A DNA stretch of 63,994 nt, filler included, from Barthelona sp. PAP020 (lineage: Eukaryota), in the NCBI GenBank assembly GCA_040182905.1. It is 3 parts of 3 records of this genome, joined end to end, with 100 filler letters (N's around TTAATTAATTAA, not from the genome) between each part and the next. Parts side by side here need not be neighbours in the genome. Positions count along the whole stretch, not along the records: positions 25,605 to 50,578 come from JARQWU010000148.1; positions 50,679 to 63,994 come from JARQWU010000329.1; 1 more part is not named here. The stretch is one strand, 5' to 3'. Positions 42,806-51,803 of this stretch are shown here, one piece after another. The position numbers were made by a program, and so were the translations under genes. The stretch's first letter is position 1; each line of letters starts with the position of its first letter. The notes below the pieces were generated by a model. That model saw nothing but the letters and a program-made list of their open reading frames with translations. It did no database searches and was not told the origin of the DNA.

Positions 42806-43808
42806 AAATTTCAGCAACTGAAAAGTTTCTAAATGATTATTGTTGCCAAAGATTGATAAATTGGTGAAAGAAAAAATTAATTTTAACATTGTTGAATTGA
42901 ATCTGCGTTGAAAAATAAAATAGAATATATTGAGCCTTTACGACAATTAATGTTTGATAATACATTTTCATATCGAAATTTTTGAATCTTTTCCAACAAT
43001 TAAATCATGAAAACAGAATTTATTGATTGTTTTGTCTAGTTGCTCAAAAACATGCGAATTTATCAAATCGAACAGAATTTTTCATTCACACACATTCTTT
43101 GAGTTTTTTTGTTTGAATTGCATGTTTTTATGTTGGGGTAATATCAAAGTTTTAACAGAATTCACATATGTGCAAAAGGCCCATTGTATTTGGTTGCCCA
43201 TATTTTTACCTTCTTTCCTTTTACAGTATGTTGCTGCAATCAAATGCTAAAGCCAAATATCTGACTACTTTTCCATGTCACTTCAAGAATTTAGTGCATT
43301 TCTCTATCATTCACGCAAACAAAGCTTTTTCAGTTGTGCAAATGGATGCCACAATGAGTGAGTTGAGGCTCTTTTTTAAATTTGTAAAAATTTGTCTTCT
43401 TTTCATCTTGTTACAGTGTTAGCAAAGTAGTCTAAAAATAAGTTAATGAGTTCTGTCTGGTTGTTTGTTTGTTTTTTTCAAAGAATACTCGTAGCAATTT
43501 CTCAATGAACTAATTTAGTCAGACGAAAAGCAAAGAACAACAATTTTACATGACAGAACCATCAGATGCTAAATGATACATAGCCAAGCAAAAGAATCCA
43601 AAAATCCAGTTAAAATAATAATGGACAATTAAGCACAGATCTTGCTACGGAAACGAACACTGTTGGATTTGAACTCAATTAAAAGAACAATAAAAAAAAT
43701 ACCAACGAATATCTGCCAAATGAAAATGAAATGAAAGAAATAATTGTTTTGAACAGAACATTCTCAATGTATCCCCAAAATGATGTTTTGGAACATTTTG
43801 CTAACTAA

Positions 43809-45020
43809 TCAATCATCAATTTCATCACTTTCATGACCAGTTGCATTCATAAACAAGTGCATATTGCCTCCATTCATTTCATTGACGTCAATCAAATCCC
43901 AGCATGTGTCAACGATCATGCTATACTCCTCTTCATTCAAGTACATCCCTGCGGCTACCAATTGTCTTATGACTTGAGTATCCATATTCAGATCAATAAG
44001 ATTCGACAACACATGGCCACCATCCTTTGACAATTGAATAAGTTCCGATTCATGTGAGGGATCATAGTCAGGCACAATTGAATAGATTTTGATCATATCC
44101 CCTTCACATTTTCCACATACCATCTGTTTCTTATCAGGTGATATGGCAAAGGAAAAATGAGATTTGCCACAACCACAATGTACTTTTTGAATCTCATGAA
44201 AGTCATCCAAATTGTATGACGTAATAAACCCATCAAGAGACATAATAAAAAGCATGCTGGGGTTAAAGAAAAAATGAAGATCACATGCTGAAGCAACAAT
44301 GTCAAATGTGTGAATTAGAGATCCGTCTTCTGTGTTCCAGAGTTTAACCTTATGTGATTCATCACCAATAGCTACTATTTTTTCGTTTGAGAGGAATTCA
44401 ACAGAAAAAATATGCTGGCCTTGAGTGAATTCACGAACAACAGAGAAATTGTAAGAATCTACAATCATAGCAATACTATCACTTCCGGCAGCCAAAAGAT
44501 GTTTACCATCTGATGAAAGTTCTAGTTTCCAAAAAATCTTGGAATGAGCTCTTTCTTCCAATACAACATCACCATTGTTTATATCCCACTTTTTAAGATA
44601 TTTATTCCCATCACTAGAATAAATATAATTGGAACAATGAGAAAAACAAATTCCAAAAATACTCATGTTGTCACTCATTCTACGCACAACAGAAAAATCT
44701 TGAAGGCTATAAATAATAATAGAACAATCAAATGAAGATGTTGCCATCTTTTGTCCATCTGGTGAAAAGATAACAGTCCAGACATGCTTTTCATGATTTT
44801 TCAAAGTGCAAATCAGCATTCTAGTTTCAACTTCAATTACATGAACATGGCCACTTGGTGTACCAATTAACAATTTTTTACCATCTGGTGAGTATTTAAT
44901 GGCACTTATATCACCAAAAATCACACCTTCAATTTCGCTAACACTATTTTCATCAATTTTGGAAGGAAACATACGACGAATACTTTTCCTCACTAACCTA
45001 TCCACTGACTCAGTAGACAT
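43809..45020 (-). CDS. WD40 protein with unrecognised C-terminal CWDLID..NGGNM domain
   Basis: WD repeats (YSPDGKKLLIG, HEKHVWTVIFSPDG, KVKLWN) followed by a 63-aa module shared with the ankyrin gene; ATG at 45020. Confidence 0.9.
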   Translation of the reverse strand: MSTESVDRLVRKSIRRMFPSKIDENSVSEIEGVIFGDISAIKYSPDGKKLLIGTPSGHVHVIEVETRMLICTLKNHEKHVWTVIFSPDGQKMATSSFDCSIIIYSLQDFSVVRRMSDNMSIFGICFSHCSNYIYSSDGNKYLKKWDINNGDVVLEERAHSKIFWKLELSSDGKHLLAAGSDSIAMIVDSYNFSVVREFTQGQHIFSVEFLSNEKIVAIGDESHKVKLWNTEDGSLIHTFDIVASACDLHFFFNPSMLFIMSLDGFITSYNLDDFHEIQKVHCGCGKSHFSFAISPDKKQMVCGKCEGDMIKIYSIVPDYDPSHESELIQLSKDGGHVLSNLIDLNMDTQVIRQLVAAGMYLNEEEYSMIVDTCWDLIDVNEMNGGNMHLFMNATGHESDEIDD

Positions 45021-45620
45021 ATCAACTATCAATAAGAACCAAAAAGAAAAAGGAAATATTCAAGAAATTCACCATTTTTAGCAAATATTTTTACACAAAG
45101 ATCTACATCCAATGAATTTGTCAGATGAAAATTGATTCATTGGATGCTTTGTAAGTATTTTTTTGGAAAATATTCCGCTATCTTTTGAATCAGTTGTTTA
45201 AACGATTCGACCCACATGGTAATTATTGAGTTAATACAGTTTTGTTGAGGTTATGTTCTTTCGATTATCGGGAAATTAGCGTTGTTGTTAATATTTCGAA
45301 TGAGAGTTTTATAGTTTGTTGGCATTGTGAAGATAAATGCCTAATAACTTGTTGTTATACCGATTAAAAACTTTTTGGGCGTCAAATTTAAGAGAGACGC
45401 AAATTTTGCAAAAAAGCCATGGATATTGCATTTTAAAGATAAAATAGATCATTGTCGCATTTTTATCGAAGTGTCAATAGTTAAACAAAGGTAGAGCCTG
45501 ATTGAAATTTTTAAGTTCGGGCAGTCAATATTTGAATTGGTACATTTTAACAGGATATTTCAATTTCAAATGATGGTGATTGAAGCCAAATAGATAGCAA
45601 TGAAGTATCTCAAACATAGT

Positions 45621-45940
45621 TTATTTCCAAGCCAAGAAGCACCATGCGTATGAGTGAAAAAAAAAGAATAGTGTTTATTTGGTTAAAGGCTTTCGAGGCC
45701 CGAATGATCTGTTGAAAAAAAAACTTTAGATTTTCTAAGGTAAAGTTTAAACTTTAAAATTTTGCTTTTTGCAAAAATACAAAAAAGCTGGGTCAGAAGT
45801 TCTTTCCAAAGATACAACCTGGAGTCACACAATGTACTTTCAGTCTGAATCTCACACCCTGAGTTTTTCCAAAATTCACTAAAATGACTCTTTGAGTTTC
45901 TTTTCACTGTAAACAAGTTTATGTCACCACTAGACCAAAT
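45621..45940 (+). repeat. Dispersed ~320-bp repeat copy
   Basis: 45621-45786 nearly identical to 48293-48455 (gaatagtgtttatttggttaaaggctttcgaggcccga.tgatctgttgaaaaa..ctttagattttctaaggtaaagtt.aaactttaaaattttgc); weaker similarity continues to agaccaa at about 45938. Confidence 0.85.
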
Positions 45941-46520
45941 TCTCATTCCACTTTTATCTTTTCCTAATGTTACGATACCGATTGTTGGAGTCCAACCCAA
46001 CAAGAACAAAAAACAATTATAAATGATGTTACCTTTATTTAATTAAATTGAAAGTTGTCACGCTAACAACATAAGAGGCTCATTGAAGAAGTGAAAAATG
46101 ATTCTTCAATGGAAGAAAAAAAGAAAATTTGGTGAATACATATCGCTCTTGCACTTTCAATTTGTGAATTTCGTGAGTAAAAATCTGTCAATACCATCAC
46201 TATATCAACAAATCTGAAAAATAAATTAGAACAATGTCCTTTGTAAAAAATATTCGAACAAACATAATTATCATAATTGTGCGACATTTTAACAATGTTT
46301 AAATTAATATCGTAAGTTCAATTGGCTGCATCAATTCGAAAAAGGAGATCTCAAGAAAGAATTAATTAATATTGTGAAGAGTTCTCCACAAACCAGTCAA
46401 TCAATCATCAAATTTCATTTTCCCAACAACTAAATTAAAATAACGCCTGATTTGAGGGATAAATATTGAATATTCAAAGAAAAATGATAAATTTTGGGGT
46501 TCTTTTTTTTTTTGCCGACA

Positions 46521-47912
46521 ATGGTTGTTAACACTGCAGTTGAGGAAACTGACCCTTATGTTAAGTATAATATGGATCGAGTTGTTGTTCCAGATGGGTT
46601 CGATGTGGATGGATTTGAAAATAATGGTCAACCAAAGAAGATCTATTTTGCAGCATGTGATGGTAACCTTGATATTGTCAAGCAGTATATCAAAGTTGGC
46701 GTTGATGTGAACAAACAGGACAAGGAAGGAAGGACATTGCTTTTGGGAGCTTGTTTTTTTGGGTATTTTGAAGTTGTTGAGTTTTTGTTGGATTTTAGCG
46801 CTGATGTTAATTTGTGTATGAATAATGGTGCTTCTCCATTATATGTTAGTTGTCAAAATGGTCATCTTGATGTTGCCCAAATTCTCTTAGATCATGGGGC
46901 TAATATTAATTTGTGTCCTAATGATGGTAGTTCTCCATTGTACATCAGTTGCCAAAATGGTCATCTTGATGTTGCCATAATGCTTTTGGATCATGGCGCT
47001 GATGTTAATTTGTGTAGGGACAGTGGATATTCTCCATTGTACATCAGTTGTCAACAAGGTCGTCTTGATGTTGCTAAAATGCTCTTGGATCATGGGGCTA
47101 ATATTAAGTTGTGTCCTAATGATGGTAGTTCTCCATTATTTATTAGTTGTCAAAATGGTCATCTTGATGTTGCCAGAATGCTTTTGGATCATGGGGCTGA
47201 TGTTAATTTGTGTAGGAATGATAGTGCTTTTCCATTGTATATCAGTTGTCAACAAGGTCATCTTGATGTTGCTAAAATGCTCTTGGATCATGGGGCTGAT
47301 ATTAATTTGTGTCTTAATGATGGTAGTTCCTCATTGAACATCAGTTGTTATAGTGGTTATCTCAGTGTTACTAAAATGCTCTTGGACCATGGTGCTGATG
47401 TGAATTTGTGTCAGGACGGTGGATTTTCTCCATTGTATATCAGTTGTCAAAATGGTCATCTTGATATTGCCAAGATGCTTCTAGATTGTCCCGAAATAAA
47501 CTTATATGGTGAAGATATGCTGTTATTTTTCAACATATTGTATACAAGTGATGAACAATGGAAAAAAAACAAATACAGCATTTTGAGCTGTCCTAATTTA
47601 AAACAACAATTGGAGAGTGGTGAGCCTGTTGATTTGAAATTTGAGCATTTGTCCAAATCCGAGTTAATTGAATTGGTGAAGGATAAGGGCTATCTTTTAT
47701 CAACACTTGTTGAAATGAAGGTAGACAGTGGCATCATTCGAGAATTTGTCAGTGCTGGAGTCTACATGAATCAAAGAGATTTTGACATGTCAATCAATTT
47801 ATGTTGGGATTTGATTGACATTAATGAAAGAAATGGTGGTAATATGCGTCAGTATATTGATGAAGAGATGAAGGATGATGACAGTGATGAGAGTGATGAC
47901 AATGATGATTAG
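46521..47912 (+). CDS. Ankyrin-repeat protein with C-terminal CWDLID..NGGNM domain
   Basis: About 9 ANK repeats (G.SPLYISCQNGHLDVAKMLLDHGADVN), then shared 63-aa module and acidic tail; ATG at 46521. Confidence 0.93.
   Translation: MVVNTAVEETDPYVKYNMDRVVVPDGFDVDGFENNGQPKKIYFAACDGNLDIVKQYIKVGVDVNKQDKEGRTLLLGACFFGYFEVVEFLLDFSADVNLCMNNGASPLYVSCQNGHLDVAQILLDHGANINLCPNDGSSPLYISCQNGHLDVAIMLLDHGADVNLCRDSGYSPLYISCQQGRLDVAKMLLDHGANIKLCPNDGSSPLFISCQNGHLDVARMLLDHGADVNLCRNDSAFPLYISCQQGHLDVAKMLLDHGADINLCLNDGSSSLNISCYSGYLSVTKMLLDHGADVNLCQDGGFSPLYISCQNGHLDIAKMLLDCPEINLYGEDMLLFFNILYTSDEQWKKNKYSILSCPNLKQQLESGEPVDLKFEHLSKSELIELVKDKGYLLSTLVEMKVDSGIIREFVSAGVYMNQRDFDMSINLCWDLIDINERNGGNMRQYIDEEMKDDDSDESDDNDD
46800..47492 (+). 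repeat. Coding tandem repeat, 7 x 99 bp (ankyrin units)
   Basis: Near-identical DNA units (tctccattgtacatcagttg.caaaatggtcatcttgatgttgc..aatgct.ttggatcatgg). Confidence 0.92.
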
Positions 47913-48110
47913 AAAGGTCTTTTGTGTCATTACATGTTCATTCGATTCATGTTTTATGGACATTTTTCTTTGCATATAAATCATATTTTACTTGTTTTTT
48001 GATGCAGAAAAGGTTATTTACCCAATGTGTGATTCAATGAAGGTTTGGAATGGTTCATTTTGGGATGATCAACCTCACTTTAAACTTCCTCTTCATTTAA
48101 CACAAAGCTC

Positions 48111-48240
48111 TCATCGTTCAAATTACACTACAGTTCCTTGATTCCTCCATCCCTGGGGTTTTGACTGAAATTTGCCAGGAGGAGTTTTCTGAGTTTACTT
48201 TCTCTGTGAATAAATATAGTTGTTTCACAACTTGACCAAT
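48111..48240 (+). repeat. Dispersed repeat, 3' half, tandem with the following copy (period about 380 bp)
   Basis: atcgttcaaattaca..ttttgactgaaatttgc..gagttttctgagtttactttct..tagttgtttcacaact.gaccaatt recurs at 48492-48616. Confidence 0.85.
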
Positions 48241-48292
48241 TATTACATTTTCTCTTTGAAAAAGATGCGGTCTTTGGCAAACTCAATTCAAT

Positions 48293-48616
48293 TTTATTTC
48301 CAACCCAAGAAGCACTGTGCGTATAAGTGAATAAGAAAGAATAGTGTTTATTTGGTTAAAGGCTTTCGAGGCCCGATTGATCTGTTGAAAAACTTTAGAT
48401 TTTCTAAGGTAAAGTTAAAACTTTAAAATTTTGCTTTTGCAAAAATACAAAAAAATAGGAATGAAGAATTTCTCCGAAATTCTCCTACTTGATCGTTCAA
48501 ATTACATTTCAGTCCCTCAATTCCCCTCCTGGGATTTTGACTGAAATTTGCTAGAATGAGTTTTCTGAGTTTACTTTCTTTGTAAATAAATTTAGTTGTT
48601 TCACAACTGGACCAAT
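48293..48616 (+). repeat. Dispersed ~320-bp repeat copy
   Basis: Matches 45621-45940, 18663-18970, 42651-42805 and 48111-48240. Confidence 0.85.
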
Positions 48617-48952
48617 TCATTGGAGATATAGAGAGGTCATCTAATATCACTTCCATTATTTGTTGTTTCTTGACCACCTTTAGGTCCAATTTTCTAAGTT
48701 ATTTGGGCATCTGAATCCACGTGAGTTTTTTCCTAAACCTTAAGCTAACTCATTTCGTTGTTGTTCACTGAACAACTCATACCTCATAAATATCTAATAA
48801 ATTTATTATTGTTTTTTAATATTTTTTATTTAATTTAATTTAATTTATTATTATTTTTAAAGAACAAAGTATTTTTTTTTTACAAATATAAATATGTCTA
48901 CACATAAACGAACAGTTATACACCATATAATTTGTTAAAAACAGAAAGAAAA

Positions 48953-50128
48953 TTATCTTTTGCTTTGAATTTGAGATTGTAATAAAGCATGTTGAAGCAT
49001 TCCTTGACGTAATCTCATTTCTTTCATTTCTTTTTCTAAATCTACCTTAGCATTTTTGATTCTATCCAAAGGTACTGTATCTTTCATTGAACTTCCTTTC
49101 ATGTCCATTTGACTTTTGATAATTTCCAGTCTATCTGTCACATCAACTAAAGTATTACTTAAATTAGCCAATTTTTTTTGTAAATCATTGTGAATTTCAT
49201 TTTCTTTTGAAAGTTCAGTAGCAAGAACTCGATGTTCTGCTGAAGCTTCCTCAAAATTCTCACTGATATAATTTTCTCTTATTTGAAGTTTTTCAATTGT
49301 TTTTTCCATTTCAATGATGAACTTTTGAAAATTTTTAGAATTATTAAAAACTTCTCCTTTCAACCCATTATGTAATCGTTCTAATTGTGCAAGTTGAACT
49401 TTCCAATTATCTGTTGTTCTAATATCTAATTTCAATTTAGGCGCAACTCGTTCTACTTCTTCCAACCATTTTTCCATGTTTAAAAATTCACTATCGGATC
49501 TTTTTAATTCACCTTTTTTACCAGGGACTTTTTTACCAGAATCAATTTGAAAATCAGTAATAACTACAGCTTCACCCTCTTCCATATCACTATCTTCTTC
49601 CTCTTCATCAAAATCCAATTCATTTAACTCTTCTTCAATCTTATCAACCAATTCTTCTATTTCAAATTGAGGCGTAATAAAGGCAGAATTTTTTTGAGAG
49701 CAACTCAATTCTAATAAAAAATTTAATATCCAACAGACTTCAATACCATATCCTTCACGAATATTTTGATGTCTGAATCCCAAAGGATTTATTTCATAAG
49801 TTCGGTCAATAATTTCTTTATTATCTTCTTGAAGCACTTTATTATATAATTCATTTACAAATCTTTGAATATCTTGCGACAATAAATTGGGTTCATCATA
49901 TTCATTGGGATAATTTAAATCATCAATTCCACAATCTTTTAATAACCAAACACATAAACTGGCAAAATATAAGAACTGACTTGAATCTGTAGATTGTAAT
50001 GCAAAATATAAATTGTTTAAAACAGGAAAATCTCTGGGTTCACAAAATTGCTTTTCATAATCTAATAATCTTAACTTATCTAAGATTTCAGGCATTAATG
50101 CAAAGGGAGATAAAGTAATTTCAGTCAT
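48953..50128 (-). CDS. IFT57: Intraflagellar transport protein 57 (IFT-B)
   Basis: MPEILDKLRLLDYE, YFAL..QFLYFASLCVWL, EYDEPN, GYGIEVCWIL, WLEEVERVAPKLK, EKLQIRENYI, GSSMKDTVPL..IK. Confidence 0.93.
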   Translation of the reverse strand: MTEITLSPFALMPEILDKLRLLDYEKQFCEPRDFPVLNNLYFALQSTDSSQFLYFASLCVWLLKDCGIDDLNYPNEYDEPNLLSQDIQRFVNELYNKVLQEDNKEIIDRTYEINPLGFRHQNIREGYGIEVCWILNFLLELSCSQKNSAFITPQFEIEELVDKIEEELNELDFDEEEEDSDMEEGEAVVITDFQIDSGKKVPGKKGELKRSDSEFLNMEKWLEEVERVAPKLKLDIRTTDNWKVQLAQLERLHNGLKGEVFNNSKNFQKFIIEMEKTIEKLQIRENYISENFEEASAEHRVLATELSKENEIHNDLQKKLANLSNTLVDVTDRLEIIKSQMDMKGSSMKDTVPLDRIKNAKVDLEKEMKEMRLRQGMLQHALLQSQIQSKR

Positions 50129-50450
50129 ATACCTTCAAAACAACAATAAAAAAATCAAAATAAAAAATTGATTTGGCTTTTGTTGCACTTCTTGTGAAAA
50201 TGTTCTCTTTCATTCTAAAGGAAATATCCTGTTTTTTTTGGTTAAATTATTGGAATAATTGCTTATTATTTTGTTGTTCATAATTGAACTCTGTTTTAAT
50301 CCCTTCAATTTGGTTTTTACAATGATATTATTATTTTGAAAACAATCAAATAAATAGAAAATGAATATAACTTAGTAAACAAAAAACAAAACAAAAGAAT
50401 TACTTTTTATGAAATAAATTAAAAAATACAACAACAATTTCACCTCATTT

Positions 50451-50578
50451 TCATTTTTGAGCAATTTTTGTCCCTAACAAATGTGCCACAAATTGGCCAT
50501 TTTCAGATTCAGGACAGAAATCATCAATAATTTGGTCCAAAAATGTTTGTCTATTCCAAAAACTTGTGGATAGTTGAA
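50451..50578 (-). CDS. 3' end of a gene truncated by the contig end
   Basis: Open frame from the gap: QLSTSFWNRQTFLDQIIDDFCPESENGQFVAHLLGTKIAQK* (TGA at 50453-50451). Confidence 0.4.
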
Positions 50579-50678
50579 NNNNNNNNNNNNNNNNNNNNNN
50601 NNNNNNNNNNNNNNNNNNNNNNTTAATTAATTAANNNNNNNNNNNNNNNNNNNNNNNNNNNNNNNNNNNNNNNNNNNN
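50579..50678. other. Artificial contig-joining spacer (N44-TTAATTAATTAA-N44)
   Basis: Same as 25505-25604. Confidence 0.97.
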
Positions 50679-51803
50679 TTTCTTTCTTGTGGGATTATTA
50701 GCTTTATATGCAGGAGTATTTTGGTTAGTTCTTCCTTTGCGTCTTCTTTCGGTGAAATTTTTGTTGTTGCCAAATTAATAGGGCAAAATTAAAGGCTTTT
50801 ATTGTTCTCGTTTGGAGTTTGGGGGTACTTGCAACTGAGTCGTTTTGCGTGGATGGTCCAGAATACTCTCCAAAAAAAAAGAAGAAATACTTCCGGTTCA
50901 GATGGGGCGGGCATTCAAAGAAAAGTGTGATACTTTCCCTTAGCCCCTTGATTCACTTTAAATGTCTCCCCTTATGTTCTCTTTGTAGGGCTTTGACATT
51001 CCATGTTGACCTAATTTATTTGCTTGTATCCTTAATCTTTGAATTCTTACGATTACGTTTATTATTGATTGAGCTTTTCAATTTTGATACCCATTAAAAT
51101 CAGAAATTGCATGAAGAAACGTTAAACACATTTATATTATCTTTTACGACAAATCCGTCCGCTTTGCTGCGAGCACTTTCAGATCAATTTTTAAAGTTTT
51201 CAATACACAACAGATACCAATGTTTTTTTTGGGTTGATTATTTCAAAATGCTCAATTTTGTTGATATGTTTTCTTTTTCATCACTGTTAACTAAAAAAAA
51301 TTGAGAATTTGAAGAAATTGAATGACAATAATTGAATTCACCTTTTTATATTTTTGGGGTAAAACATTTCACATGCAGGCAGAAAATTAAACCTTTCTTT
51401 CCAAAGCAACAAACTTTTAATTAACAGATTATATTGATTCTATAAAATGAAACTATATTTTCCATTTGGAGATTGAAGTTGTTCAACATTTATCGTTTTG
51501 GATTTGATAAACAAATAGTTTTCAAAAAGGACAGTGAATTATTTCATTCATTTGAGTCAGTTGATACAATATGCATCATCAAACTCAAAAATTATGTTTA
51601 AACAAAATTTATTTCTTTTTCACATTATTTTGGAAGAAAACAATAATATGAGTTTATTCTTTTGAAACTGAATAAATGGTAAGAATTTTCATAAATTTTA
51701 CAAAAAGAACTTCTTTTCATTGAAATAAAAAAGGACAAATAATTTTTTGTGTCAAAATGTTGGGAGTTTTTATTAGTTATTTGCAAATTTCGTTATCAAA
51801 AGG

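Noticed and set aside
45472..45545. tRNA-like fragment (TAGTT..GGTAGAGC..GTTCG) upstream of a repeat copy, possible SINE head
   Set aside because: No cloverleaf can be formed and it is not seen next to the other copies.
46993..47337. Repetitive hydrophobic alternate-frame ORF over the ankyrin gene
   Set aside because: By-product of stop-free 99-bp coding repeats.
46800..47492. Regularly spaced repeats as a CRISPR-like array
   Set aside because: Units are contiguous, in frame and encode ankyrin repeats; no unique spacers or cas genes.
50679..51100. Relatively GC-rich, coding-like stretch at a contig start
   Set aside because: Candidate frames are interrupted or unrecognisable; may be decayed or low-quality contig-end sequence.
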